In this document: positions 1-10,511 of the stretch, piece by piece | How the letters are laid out: every line of letters begins with the position of its first letter | Position numbering within the stretch: the stretch's first letter is position 1 | DNA from: a virus | Reading direction: 5' to 3' (one strand) | Length of the DNA stretch: 64,000 nucleotides | IMG/VR virus record: IMGVR_UViG_3300028571_000009 | Made by a program: the position numbers and the translations under genes | The notes under the pieces: generated by a model | Database searches by the model: none | Told to the model about the DNA's origin: nothing | Seen by the model: the letters and a program-made list of their open reading frames with translations, nothing else

Positions 1-54
1 AACAGAAGACCAATTTGATGTTGTACGAGAATCAATAAAAAAGCCGTCAAAGAG

Positions 55-339
55 ATGAAATTATCCACAATCAAACAATTAATTCGGGAAGAAGTTAAAA
101 ATATTCTTACGGAAGAATCCGTCCCGAAAAAGATAAAGGATTTACGTGAACTTAATAAGTATTTTTTAAGTTCAGAAGTAGATACTATTTCAAATGATAT
201 ATGGGGTAAAAACTCAACCCGTATCGTTAAGGATAAATTTAACAAACCTTATTGGGTGAAATATGTCTATAAAGGTACATATAACAGATATCTAGAATTT
301 AGACCGGCGACAGGAACGACACCCGGTCATTATAATTAA
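55..339 (+). CDS. hypothetical protein with MKLSxIKQLIREEV leader (possible capsid-internal protein)
   Basis: ORF track; N-terminus nearly identical to ORF 2415. Confidence 0.7.
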   Translation: MKLSTIKQLIREEVKNILTEESVPKKIKDLRELNKYFLSSEVDTISNDIWGKNSTRIVKDKFNKPYWVKYVYKGTYNRYLEFRPATGTTPGHYN

Positions 340-386
340 TGAACACGTGAAGTTATCACATGTTAACCGATATTAGATAAAAAATC

Positions 387-1214
387 ATGAAAACACTTAA
401 ACTAGCATCACTTCTTAAAGAAGAACCATTAGCTCAAGAGCAAGATAACAATTACATGTTTTTTCAAAATTTGAAAACTATACATCATGCTGTTAGTCAT
501 TTATTGAAAATGGATGAAAGCTCAATTTCAAAATTATTGTCAGATGGACATGGCTGGGCATTAGACCACATAACAACTTCTGCTGATGATATTGAGGAAG
601 TATATCATTTTTTAACTAGTAATTTATTAGGTGAAGCCGGAAACATCAATGAAGGTCTAGGAGCATTTCGTCGTTTAGTAATTACAACCAAAAAACTTGG
701 TGTAGTTAAACGTGAAGTAGAAGCTTTTATCAACCGCGAAAATATTAAAGCCGATTACCCAGATGCAAAGATAACCATTAAAACGGTTGTACTGGCTGAT
801 AGATTAATAGTAGATGTTGAAGCAACGAGTGGTACTGCATTAGCCAGTAAAATTCTTGATATCGTTAAGAAGTTCGATAAAGACGCAGTAGTTAAAGTTC
901 GTAAGGAAAAGAAATTAAGTGCTGTAACAGAAGCAACAGTTGCTAATGCCGATTTATTCGGTCGCCAAAGGTTTATCGGAACGGTAGTATCAAACTACAC
1001 ATTAGCTGAATTAGTTAAGTTATTTAAAATAAGCGAAAAACGCGGACATCCTGATAAGGACAAGGCGACCAAGGTCTTGACTAGGATTAAATTCTTTGAT
1101 TCTGAGGGCGATGTACCTATGAAATTTCCAAAGGATAAAACTAAAGACGGCAAAACTCTTAAGAATTTGATGGATATATGTTTCGGTCGTAAAACACCGT
1201 ACTCACAAATGTAA
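387..1214 (+). CDS. hypothetical protein, MKxLKLxSLLKEE leader, probably multi-domain virion-associated
   Basis: ORF track; leader motif shared with neighbours. Confidence 0.7.
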   Translation: MKTLKLASLLKEEPLAQEQDNNYMFFQNLKTIHHAVSHLLKMDESSISKLLSDGHGWALDHITTSADDIEEVYHFLTSNLLGEAGNINEGLGAFRRLVITTKKLGVVKREVEAFINRENIKADYPDAKITIKTVVLADRLIVDVEATSGTALASKILDIVKKFDKDAVVKVRKEKKLSAVTEATVANADLFGRQRFIGTVVSNYTLAELVKLFKISEKRGHPDKDKATKVLTRIKFFDSEGDVPMKFPKDKTKDGKTLKNLMDICFGRKTPYSQM

Positions 1215-1297
1215 AACATTTCGGTAAGAAGAATAGATTTTAAATACTGATTATAAAATTAGTACAATTCTATATTTATTACTAAATAATATAGTTT

Positions 1298-2158
1298 ATG
1301 GTACAGGTTACGGATGCATATCCAAAAGGTGAAATCACAGATTCACAATTAAAAGAAATAGCTTTACAAAAGTTCAAACAGGACGACGCTAAAGCATTCA
1401 ATTTTCCAACAGAAATAATAGATTTACCATCAAAAGGATTAGTATATCCCGAAGGTAATCCATTGTCGTCAGGTAAAGTAGAAATGAAGTACATGACCGC
1501 GAAAGAAGAAGATATTCTTACTTCCGCGAACCTTATTAAACAAGGTGTTGTACTTGATAAGCTATTTCAATCGATGATAGTAACACCAATCAAATATAAT
1601 GATTTGATTACCGGTGATAAAAATGCTATCATGGTTGCCGCGAGAGTATTGGGTTATGGTAAGGATTACGAAGTAGAAGTTACTTGCCCTGAATGTGGTG
1701 AGAAATCGAAAATTGTAATTGACCTAGGCAAATTAGCTGATAAGTCTATATCAGATGATGTGGTGGTAGAATCACCAAATAACTTTAAGTTCACATTACC
1801 GCAAACAAAACGGGAAGTTACCTTTAAGTTATTAACTCATGGTGATGAAAGAAAGATTGACTATGAGCTAGAAGCTCTTAATAAGAAGTCTAAGAATAAA
1901 GATTCAGTAAGTCCAGAACTATCTACTAGAATGAAGCATGTTATCACATCAGTAGATGGTAATGATGACCAAGCGGTAATTAATAACTTTGTTGATAACG
2001 AATTATTTGCTCAAGATTCAAAAGCATTAAGAGCATATATCAAAAGCATCGCACCGGATGTCAATTTAACATTTGATTTCGAGTGTAAGAGTTGCGGACA
2101 TATCAAGGAGAATATGTCAATTCCAATTGACATTAACTTTTTTTGGCCTACCACTTAA
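1298..2158 (+). CDS. tail/baseplate assembly chaperone (T4 gp26-like / G-like)
   Basis: LPSKG..YP, MTAKEEDIL, CxxC pair (CPEC, CKSC), ends NFFWP; upstream of tape measure gene. Confidence 0.7.
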   Translation: MVQVTDAYPKGEITDSQLKEIALQKFKQDDAKAFNFPTEIIDLPSKGLVYPEGNPLSSGKVEMKYMTAKEEDILTSANLIKQGVVLDKLFQSMIVTPIKYNDLITGDKNAIMVAARVLGYGKDYEVEVTCPECGEKSKIVIDLGKLADKSISDDVVVESPNNFKFTLPQTKREVTFKLLTHGDERKIDYELEALNKKSKNKDSVSPELSTRMKHVITSVDGNDDQAVINNFVDNELFAQDSKALRAYIKSIAPDVNLTFDFECKSCGHIKENMSIPIDINFFWPTT

Positions 2159-2375
2159 TTACAAACCGATATTACATGGTGAACTCCATGATATAGTATT
2201 TTATGGTCGTGGCGGATATGATTGGGTCACGGCGTATAATTGGCCAATATGGCTAAGACGCTTTTATCTCAAGAAAATTCAAGAATCATATAAAGCTGAG
2301 AAAGATGCTCATAAGAAGGCAAATGAGAATGCTGGAAAGGGACAAAAGAAATTAGCTAAACCGAATATAAGGTAA
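2139..2375 (+). CDS. probable frameshift extension of tail chaperone (GT-like)
   Basis: no in-frame ATG; +1 frame entered at TTTTTTT 2138-2144; YNWPIWLRRFY motif. Confidence 0.6.
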   Translation, partial: FFGLPLNYKPILHGELHDIVFYGRGGYDWVTAYNWPIWLRRFYLKKIQESYKAEKDAHKKANENAGKGQKKLAKPNIR

Positions 2376-2414
2376 TTATTCAAGATAATTATATTATATA
2401 ATCATACAACAATT

Positions 2415-2816
2415 ATGAAATTATCTGCAATCAAACAATTAATTAGAGAAGAGGTTCGCAACGTAATGAGCGAGGCAGCTACTTTAAATCTAGATAAAAA
2501 ATACTATTGGTTTGAATACTATCCACACCAGAGTAAAGCAGCAGTAGTCGTAACAGGAAAAACTCTAATGAGCTTGAAAAAACTTTATGATATTGATGAT
2601 TCCAAAGGGTTTAACAAAGCACTTGCCGCGGTTGGGGGGAAAAAAATCTATTTTGCTTCTGATGTATTTGATGAATCTTGGAAAGACATAACTAAATCTC
2701 TTGCTGCAGGAAAAGCTTTCGGTGATGTGACTGAAGATGGCTCTTTTGCAATTTCTCCAAATAGCATGGCTGAAGCTAAAAAGATAGTAAGGGAGATTGA
2801 AGCGGATACCGACTAA
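2415..2816 (+). CDS. hypothetical protein with MKLSAIKQLIREEV leader
   Basis: ORF track; leader paralogous to ORF 55. Confidence 0.7.
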   Translation: MKLSAIKQLIREEVRNVMSEAATLNLDKKYYWFEYYPHQSKAAVVVTGKTLMSLKKLYDIDDSKGFNKALAAVGGKKIYFASDVFDESWKDITKSLAAGKAFGDVTEDGSFAISPNSMAEAKKIVREIEADTD

Positions 2817-2847
2817 GTAGCTCCGTACGGTAGTTGTATATAATAAG

Positions 2848-2869
2848 ACGCATCATTAATTTGATGCGT
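2848..2869 (+). terminator. possible intrinsic terminator hairpin
   Basis: ACGCATCA-ttaatt-TGATGCGT in intergenic gap; weak U tract. Confidence 0.4.
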
Positions 2870-2907
2870 TTCCATGTTCGCATATATTTATATAAAATAG
2901 AATCTAC

Positions 2908-3777
2908 ATGACTCGAATTAAATTAAAATCATTACTAAAAGAAGATGCTGAAGACGATGTGACACAGCTAATTACTAAGGTAAAGAACTATGATGAATTC
3001 GTTGCAAAGTTGGGCGATTTAGTTAAAGATGATAAAGTACGCAATTTTCTAAATTCTGGTAAGATAGACGGCGATAAATCGGACGACTCATTTACTGTAA
3101 CGAGTAAGACACTTGCCGTTAAAGACCTTCGACCTACACAGAATGAAATAGATATTGAGAAGTCGTTAAAATACCCACTAACGAATGCACAATCATTAGA
3201 GAGCTGTTTAAAGGGGGTAGCCGTAACGCTGAAAGCACCGATAGTAACATATAAAGGTGAGTTTATAATAGACGGTCACCACAGATGGAGTCAATTATAT
3301 GCTGTTAATAGCAAAGCAACAATTACATCATATGATTTAACTGGTGTTGAGTTAGACCCTATCGAAGTATTAAAAGTAATGCAACTGGGCATCGGAGCAG
3401 AGTTGGGGAAACTACCCACAGGTGAGGTTGGTGGGCCAAATTTACTAACAGCTGGGCCGGATATTATAAAAAAATTTATAAGTAAAACAATTATACCTGA
3501 TTGTATTTCGGTATTTAAACGGTTTCGGTCAAAAGTTGCAAATATCAATACGGCAGATGGTATAGCCGATGGTATTATTCTACCAAATGTAGAAATGATG
3601 AAACGCAATTCGAAACCAGTACCGGGCGCACCTAAACGCCCAGTAATGCCACAGACTGATGATGCACCTAAAGTGCTTAATAATTTAAAGGCGGGCCTTA
3701 TCAATTATAATAAACCATATAATGCTTCCACTGAATCTATTTACAAGGAAATAAATAAAATACTTCAAAAACTATGA
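2908..3777 (+). CDS. ParB/sulfiredoxin-like N-terminal domain protein with leader motif
   Basis: LRPTQ...PIV...IIDGHHRW. Confidence 0.65.
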   Translation: MTRIKLKSLLKEDAEDDVTQLITKVKNYDEFVAKLGDLVKDDKVRNFLNSGKIDGDKSDDSFTVTSKTLAVKDLRPTQNEIDIEKSLKYPLTNAQSLESCLKGVAVTLKAPIVTYKGEFIIDGHHRWSQLYAVNSKATITSYDLTGVELDPIEVLKVMQLGIGAELGKLPTGEVGGPNLLTAGPDIIKKFISKTIIPDCISVFKRFRSKVANINTADGIADGIILPNVEMMKRNSKPVPGAPKRPVMPQTDDAPKVLNNLKAGLINYNKPYNASTESIYKEINKILQKL

Positions 3778-4127
3778 CTCGAATTAAATTAAAAGGCCTT
3801 ATAAAAGAAGCTGACGTCGTGCCTACTGACCCGACTGGTAATAAAATTAGTGACCCAACAGTCATTAGAAATCTTAACATGGCCGTAAAAGCTGTTAGCT
3901 CGGCAATTCGGCCGAAACTACTTCAGCTTATCGAAGACCCGGCCGCAGCAAAAGAACTCAAAAGTCCGGCACAACGTGCGGCGGTAGTAGGGGCTATTGC
4001 TATAGCATTTGGTATATCAGAAAAAGAATTCGCACAGATAGTAACTAAAATAAAGGGTATGCTTAATAAAGCAGAACCTGTCGAGACCACACCTGGTACG
4101 CCATCTAAAACATTTCCAGTAACATGA
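3774..4127 (+). CDS. hypothetical protein (MTRIKLKGLIKE leader)
   Basis: ORF track; first 21 nt identical to ORF 2908. Confidence 0.7.
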   Translation: MTRIKLKGLIKEADVVPTDPTGNKISDPTVIRNLNMAVKAVSSAIRPKLLQLIEDPAAAKELKSPAQRAAVVGAIAIAFGISEKEFAQIVTKIKGMLNKAEPVETTPGTPSKTFPVT

Positions 4128-4492
4128 AAAAATCAAGACTAGAACAAATCATTCGGGAAGAACATAATGCCGTTCATGGTAAAAAGATAATTACAGAAGA
4201 AAGTTTAATTACTAAGATTCTGGCTTTAATCTTATCACCTAAGGTTAAGAAGGAAGTTGCTAAGATAAAGAAGACTCCTGAATATATTGAACTTGAACAA
4301 CAAGCGACATTAGCCATTAAGGAGCTTGAAGCTATAAATAAAAAATTGGAACGGGTTTATGCTGACCGAGTAGATTTAGAAAAAGAAGCTAAAAAAATAG
4401 GAATAAAGGGTTATAGACAAGATATGGATTATTTCGAATTACGTGCATTGTTTGGTCCGATTTATAAAAAACTAGGGAAACATAATATCTAA
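4124..4492 (+). CDS. hypothetical protein (MKKSRLEQIIREE leader)
   Basis: ORF track; ATGA overlap with upstream gene. Confidence 0.7.
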   Translation: MKKSRLEQIIREEHNAVHGKKIITEESLITKILALILSPKVKKEVAKIKKTPEYIELEQQATLAIKELEAINKKLERVYADRVDLEKEAKKIGIKGYRQDMDYFELRALFGPIYKKLGKHNI

Positions 4493-4494
4493 TT

Positions 4495-6960
4495 ATGAAG
4501 GCCAAGGAAGAGCAACGTAAACTCAAACAGATTGAAGACCAAAATAAAATTCTAAAGGAACAGTTAGAATTAGAAAGTGTACAGGTTCAAAATTTAACTA
4601 AACAGGTTTCATTATTACAACAAAAAAAGAAACTAGACGAGGAAATAACTAATCAATCTAGAGACTACACAACTTTGTTGCAAGACCGTTTTAAGCGATT
4701 AAAGGATTCAGATAAAATAGAAGAAAGGCAACTGGCCCGTAGTATGGAACAGTTGAATATAGAAAAAGACCTAGAAGATATAGCGAATAAGTTAACCAAA
4801 CTATCAAAAATTAAAGATGATAAACAATTAAAAGAATATAATCTAACTACGGAGCAGGTCAATGAGATACGGGAACAATTGAAATTCATGGAAACAGCGT
4901 ATAAGACACGTAAAGCCGACTTACCGTTAGTATATGCACAAATAGACGCTCAAAAGAAATTAAATGAAATAACAGCAAAATTTGGTAGTACTATTAAAGG
5001 GACGACCAAATTTTTAGACACTATAGAAGCAAAAATTAGAGCGATGCCCGTTGTCGGTGATATGCTTGGCGATGTATTACCATTTGAAAACGTAAAAAAA
5101 TCTATACAGGATAAAGTCGGTAAAACTTTGTTAAACGTATTCAGCAAGTCTTCAAAATCTGCCGAAGCAGTTGGTGCGGGTTTAGAAGGTGGTATGGCTG
5201 CCGGCACTAAAGGAGCGATGGTTTTTGGTACCACATTAACTGTAGCCACCGCTGGGATATTATTAGTAATCGGGGCTATTGTAATGGCAATGAAGTTTTT
5301 TGTTGATACCGCATTGGAAGCTGACCATCATGTTACGGGAATTGCGAAGAATCTTAATATTTCAAAATCCGCAGCATTTGAATTAGAACATTCATTAGGC
5401 CATCAGAATGAGTTTCTGGGTAAAAATGCTGTGTTATATGAAAATATAGTAAAATACTCAGATATTTTACATAAAAATTTCGGTCAGGCTGGGGCGGTGT
5501 TAGCAAAAGATGTGATGCCTAGAATGCAAGAGTTGCAACATAATATGCAATTATCGGATGAGGAGTTAGGTAGTATGGTGTCCACCGCAGCGGTTTTAGG
5601 AACATCATTCGCCGGCACTGCAGATAAAGCATCGGAATTTGAAACTTCCGCAATAAACGCGACTAAGGAATTTTACGAACAACGAGGCATACAGATAACA
5701 AACGCTGATTTGATGGCTGACGTTAGAGAAAACATGCAGCAAGTTACTGGTATAACTAAAAAGAGTCTAGCAATGTATGGAAAGTCGACAACGGAATTGC
5801 TTAAACAGGTACAAACGATACGTAAATTAGGATTAGAATTTGAACAAGTAGTAAAAATTTCGGAAGCTTCTTTAGACATTGAAAATAGTGTAGGAAATGA
5901 AATGCAGGCAAATGTATTGCTCGGTAAATCATTTAATCTTAATGCGGTGCGATATGCAAGTATTTACGGTAAGGTAGAAGATGTTGCAAAAGCAGTTAAC
6001 GAACAATTTGAACAACAGAATGTTAGTTTAGAGTCATTTAATGATATGATACCGTTTCAGAAAAAACAAATGGCTCAGTTGTTTGGTATGGGTGAAGATG
6101 AGATACAACAAATGTTATTACGTAATAAATTACAGGATACATTAACGGATAAGTATGCTGATGGCGGGAAAGAAGTATTAGATAATATTAGAACGGGGAA
6201 GACTTCTATAGAGGATGCTAAAAAGTTACTAGTACAACAAGGTAACCTTACAGAAGAGCAGGCACAGCAGTTAATTCTTGCAGAGAGAAAAACTACAGTA
6301 CAGCAAGACATGGCAATGATTCAAGACCAATTGACTCAATCGATAAAAGCTAATATGCCGGGGATACAATCTTTTATTAAAACGATAGCAGATTTTGGTA
6401 CCGGAGTACAAAAGGCCGGCGGGTTGAAAAATTATATACTTGGTGGTGAAATTAAAACTGTTACATCAGAAAAAACTGGAAAAACCGCAGACTATGAAAC
6501 CGCAAATATTTTAAATATTGGTCACAGGGATGCACTTGAAGGATTAAGTAGAACATTTACTGATATGTTCCATGGAGAGTTTCATTCAAGTTTATCGGAT
6601 GTAATCACTAAAATCCGTAAAGAAAAAGCAGTGGCTACCTCCGAAGTTTCAGGGGGAGGTGCAACAGGCGGCTGGGGTACAGAACAGCAGGATTTCATTT
6701 CACGCCCCGGCCAAGACCCGATATCATTTAATAGAGATGACATTATAATAGGAGCGACGTCTCCATTTGGTGGTTCGTCTGATAACGGTGATACCATGAA
6801 TATCCTAAAGGAACAAAATGCGTTACTTGAACAACTTATCGCAGCGACCTCAGGTCCAGTACATATTAAAATCGGTTCACGAGCAATTGAAGAATTAGAT
6901 ACCCAATTAAGTCTTCGAAAGAACTACAACATCGGTCCGGGCCGTGGTTTAGGTGTATAA
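4495..6960 (+). CDS. tail tape measure protein
   Basis: long coiled-coil/helical, Ala/Gly-rich hydrophobic segment; position between chaperone and baseplate genes. Confidence 0.7.
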   Translation: MKAKEEQRKLKQIEDQNKILKEQLELESVQVQNLTKQVSLLQQKKKLDEEITNQSRDYTTLLQDRFKRLKDSDKIEERQLARSMEQLNIEKDLEDIANKLTKLSKIKDDKQLKEYNLTTEQVNEIREQLKFMETAYKTRKADLPLVYAQIDAQKKLNEITAKFGSTIKGTTKFLDTIEAKIRAMPVVGDMLGDVLPFENVKKSIQDKVGKTLLNVFSKSSKSAEAVGAGLEGGMAAGTKGAMVFGTTLTVATAGILLVIGAIVMAMKFFVDTALEADHHVTGIAKNLNISKSAAFELEHSLGHQNEFLGKNAVLYENIVKYSDILHKNFGQAGAVLAKDVMPRMQELQHNMQLSDEELGSMVSTAAVLGTSFAGTADKASEFETSAINATKEFYEQRGIQITNADLMADVRENMQQVTGITKKSLAMYGKSTTELLKQVQTIRKLGLEFEQVVKISEASLDIENSVGNEMQANVLLGKSFNLNAVRYASIYGKVEDVAKAVNEQFEQQNVSLESFNDMIPFQKKQMAQLFGMGEDEIQQMLLRNKLQDTLTDKYADGGKEVLDNIRTGKTSIEDAKKLLVQQGNLTEEQAQQLILAERKTTVQQDMAMIQDQLTQSIKANMPGIQSFIKTIADFGTGVQKAGGLKNYILGGEIKTVTSEKTGKTADYETANILNIGHRDALEGLSRTFTDMFHGEFHSSLSDVITKIRKEKAVATSEVSGGGATGGWGTEQQDFISRPGQDPISFNRDDIIIGATSPFGGSSDNGDTMNILKEQNALLEQLIAATSGPVHIKIGSRAIEELDTQLSLRKNYNIGPGRGLGV

Positions 6961-6989
6961 ATCTAGATTTGTAATATTTATAGATAATA

Positions 6990-9900
6990 ATGGCACTAAC
7001 CGAACTAAAATCTATACTGTCTAATTTTAGACGCCCGATGAACTCTAATCCTTTAGATAAAAAGGGAAAAGATAAAGTTGAGCCCGTTAAAACTTCGACA
7101 AAAGACGAAACTCTTTCAAGAACGTCTAATCTAGCGCCTATAAGCTCGAATAAGAGCGGTGGTGATTTAACTAAGACACATTTAAAGTCCTTTATAAAGA
7201 CTGTGAAATTGGGCGTGTTTGACGCTTTTTCAATGCCTAAGTTAAATTCCATAATTGCGGGCAATAAGAACGAATTCAGTAATATACAAATTACTAAAGA
7301 ACCAGCCGGAACGAACAATAATTCTAGTACTGTAGATATTACTAGAGCAAACAACGGGACTGATAATAATACAAGTCCAGTGTATGTTACTAACTCCGTA
7401 TTGGGTAAGAATAATAATTCAAGCGATGTAAAAACTGTTAGCGTTCTACAGGATAGATTATTATCTATTATGAATAGCGGTTTAGATGTTGATAATATTC
7501 CGGTGAAGTATGTAGTTTCAGGTAAATTACTGACTGATATATCGGATATCAATATTGATTATAATCCACCTAAATACATTAACACTCCGTCGATGCTACA
7601 TATTGGTAGCACCGGACCGGGTTCGAATGCAAGTATTTTAGATATAGACACCATCCCATTACAATATCAGGTTTCTGGGAAATTATTAACCGATATATCA
7701 ACATTAAATATTGATAGTATCCCATTACAATATCAAGTTTCGGGGAAATTATTAACCGATATATCAACATTAAATATTGATAGTATCCCATTACAATATC
7801 AAGTTTCGGGGAAATTATTAACGGATATATCAACTCTTAATATTGATAGCATTCCTACTCAATATCAAGTTTCTGGGAAATTATTAACGGATATATCAAC
7901 ATTAAATATTGATAGCATTCCTACTCAATATAAGAATATCGTTAATCTAGGACAATTTAACCCATTCAATACCGGGCAATCACAATTAGACATTAATTCG
8001 GTACCGAACAAGTACATTATATCCGGGAAATTATTAACTGATACTTCAGTACTTAATATTGATTCAATACCAACTCAATATCAAAATATAGTTGCATTGG
8101 GACAATTCAATCCTGATAAACCAGGTAACTCTATTTTAGATATAGATACAACACCAACAAAATACTCGTTACTAGTAGGCTCAGGTAGATTGAATAATGA
8201 TAATATTGCAGACATATCAAATCAAAGATGGTCAGGGTTAGTACCACCAGCAGTAAATTTTTTTAGACCCGACGTTCAACACGGTGCGAAAGGATTCACG
8301 ACATATTTTACCGATAAAAATAATACGCAGTTCGTAGGCGTCGACGGTCTTCAATATGGATATACTGATACAATTCAATTACCGTTAACAAATACTAAAT
8401 ACCCAGCTCAAGGTATTGCGGGCTTATCAACACAACTAGGTGCGGGTTCTATATTCAATTATATTAAGGATGGTGCTCCTGCAACGAAGCAATTTTCTAA
8501 AGGCTATAGCTCGACCAATACATACGGTTCAATAGTATTGGATGGTAGAACTGATGCAAAAAATAGCCCATTATATTTAAAGAGCACTGAAACAAATTCG
8601 CCGTCAGCACTAGATGAATTATATAGTAAGTATAATTTACAAGATGATAGCTACAATCCTTGGTACATACCGCAACCGTTTGTGTTACGTGGTATTCAAC
8701 GCAAAGGTAATAAGGGACTTCAGCGTTGGGGTGGAAGTGCATTAGCAGATGATGGACTAATTAGAGCCGGTATGGCTGCTTCTGTAGAAAGAAGTGCATT
8801 TGACGTTGCAAGACTATCACAATGGATAGCATCACCTAAAGGATTATTATGGGTAACTAAACAAGTAGGTTTAGGATTTTCTAATCCAAAGGTTGAACAC
8901 AAAACGCCGCTAATAGGACAAACCAGAATTCACACAGGAATAACAAGTTTATTATCAGTACCGACAACAGCATTTGGATTACACCTTACCAGACACGGAT
9001 TGCCGTTTCTAAATAGCATCGATAGTTATGAGAATGTATTATTACATAACAGATTATCTGATTTAAAGGAAAATTATTTCGGTAAGTATACTGCAGGGAA
9101 TGTTGTACGAACACCCGTCCCAACATTCCCTGGCGGTCCTAGTTTAATGTTATCAGGAATTGGCGGACCAAACTCAGCATACGGTCTAGGGTACACTCTA
9201 ATTAGAAGAGTATCAGTACCAAACTTAATGAATCGGGTGCAGGCGAGACTTGATGAAAAATACGGAGAAGAATCAATATTAGGTGGCGCACAAATATACA
9301 CGAATGTAGTGACAGGATATAATTCATACGCACTTAAATTATACTCTGGCACCGGTATTGCAATGAATGGTCCATTTGGTACACAAGGTAATGTTGCAAT
9401 CGATGCAACGCGAAAAGGCCAATTGTACGATGCAGGTAAAATGTCGTACAACCCAAACAAAAACACATCAGCGCCGAATCCATTTAAGCGCGAATCTGAT
9501 ATAGATAGAGGAACTCAAGGCGGTAATACTATTGAATCTGCTGACCGTGGTTCGGGCGATAATGCTATCAAGAATTATTCTACATTAATGTATTCTCAAT
9601 TGACGCGAAAGAAAACTCAGCGGTTTCAAGATTTCAGAGAGGATATAGATAATAAATTACGAAAAACCTTTAGTACAGACCCAGCAAAAACTCCTTTCAG
9701 TGAATATAATTTAGAAAAATTCGGTTGGGGCGACCAAGGTAAGGTTGGTGAAAACCGTGATGATTTTACTAAAGCTTCTAATCGAGGCGATAAAGTAAAT
9801 CAGGTCGATGCTAAGGTAGGTACAGCCAATAGGATTAAGTTAGACGAAGCGGGTAAGTTAGCAAAAGGTGATTACAGTGATATCCCCGGTGTTTCACCTA

Positions 9901-10505
9901 ACACGACAGACTTTATCGCATTTTATTTTGCCGGACCTAAACATCATAAAGATGGTGCTGGAGATGATATGATGGTATTCCGTGCTAATATACAAGGATT
10001 TTCTGATTCATTTGCACCTGAGTGGACGCCTGCTAAGATAATGGGTAGAGCTGACAGTGCATACATATATACTGGGTTTGACCGAAACATATCATTTACA
10101 TTTACAGTCGCTGCTACTAGTAGAGAGGAGATGAAACCGATGTGGAGAAAGCTTAACTATCTTGCCACATATACGATGCCTGATTATGGCGATAATAATA
10201 GAATGGTCGGACCGTTTATGCGAATTACATTAGGTAACTTATTTCAGAATACACCAGGCTTTATTGAATCATTAAGTGTCGCAATACCAGATGAAGCTAC
10301 ATGGGAGATTAACCAAGGTGATACTGATAAAGATATGCTACGGTTGCCGATGATGGCTGAAGTAAATATTACATTTAAAGTACTTGCAGATTATCGTCCG
10401 CAGAAGTTAGGAAGAGCATATTCACTTTCACCATTTGGCAAGGCGTCTAAAGATAAAACGGATAGTAATTGGTTGTATGATTCAACCAATGACATTAATA
10501 AATAA
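6990..10505 (+). CDS. baseplate/tail-tube initiator-like protein with N-terminal repeats
   Basis: C-terminal FRAxIQGFSDSFAPEW...GRAD..YIYTGFDRNISFTFTV module; 22-aa repeats. Confidence 0.6.
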   Translation: MALTELKSILSNFRRPMNSNPLDKKGKDKVEPVKTSTKDETLSRTSNLAPISSNKSGGDLTKTHLKSFIKTVKLGVFDAFSMPKLNSIIAGNKNEFSNIQITKEPAGTNNNSSTVDITRANNGTDNNTSPVYVTNSVLGKNNNSSDVKTVSVLQDRLLSIMNSGLDVDNIPVKYVVSGKLLTDISDINIDYNPPKYINTPSMLHIGSTGPGSNASILDIDTIPLQYQVSGKLLTDISTLNIDSIPLQYQVSGKLLTDISTLNIDSIPLQYQVSGKLLTDISTLNIDSIPTQYQVSGKLLTDISTLNIDSIPTQYKNIVNLGQFNPFNTGQSQLDINSVPNKYIISGKLLTDTSVLNIDSIPTQYQNIVALGQFNPDKPGNSILDIDTTPTKYSLLVGSGRLNNDNIADISNQRWSGLVPPAVNFFRPDVQHGAKGFTTYFTDKNNTQFVGVDGLQYGYTDTIQLPLTNTKYPAQGIAGLSTQLGAGSIFNYIKDGAPATKQFSKGYSSTNTYGSIVLDGRTDAKNSPLYLKSTETNSPSALDELYSKYNLQDDSYNPWYIPQPFVLRGIQRKGNKGLQRWGGSALADDGLIRAGMAASVERSAFDVARLSQWIASPKGLLWVTKQVGLGFSNPKVEHKTPLIGQTRIHTGITSLLSVPTTAFGLHLTRHGLPFLNSIDSYENVLLHNRLSDLKENYFGKYTAGNVVRTPVPTFPGGPSLMLSGIGGPNSAYGLGYTLIRRVSVPNLMNRVQARLDEKYGEESILGGAQIYTNVVTGYNSYALKLYSGTGIAMNGPFGTQGNVAIDATRKGQLYDAGKMSYNPNKNTSAPNPFKRESDIDRGTQGGNTIESADRGSGDNAIKNYSTLMYSQLTRKKTQRFQDFREDIDNKLRKTFSTDPAKTPFSEYNLEKFGWGDQGKVGENRDDFTKASNRGDKVNQVDAKVGTANRIKLDEAGKLAKGDYSDIPGVSPNTTDFIAFYFAGPKHHKDGAGDDMMVFRANIQGFSDSFAPEWTPAKIMGRADSAYIYTGFDRNISFTFTVAATSREEMKPMWRKLNYLATYTMPDYGDNNRMVGPFMRITLGNLFQNTPGFIESLSVAIPDEATWEINQGDTDKDMLRLPMMAEVNITFKVLADYRPQKLGRAYSLSPFGKASKDKTDSNWLYDSTNDINK
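7482..8160 (+). repeat. 66-bp (22-aa) coding tandem repeat LNIDSIPxQYQVSGKLLTDIST
   Basis: four near-identical units 7638-7901 plus diverged flanking units. Confidence 0.9.
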
Positions 10506-10511
10506 TCAGTA

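Noticed and set aside
7579-7901. CRISPR array or repeat-encoded antisense ORF
   Set aside because: The units are contiguous, in frame, have no unique spacers and vary mostly at synonymous positions.
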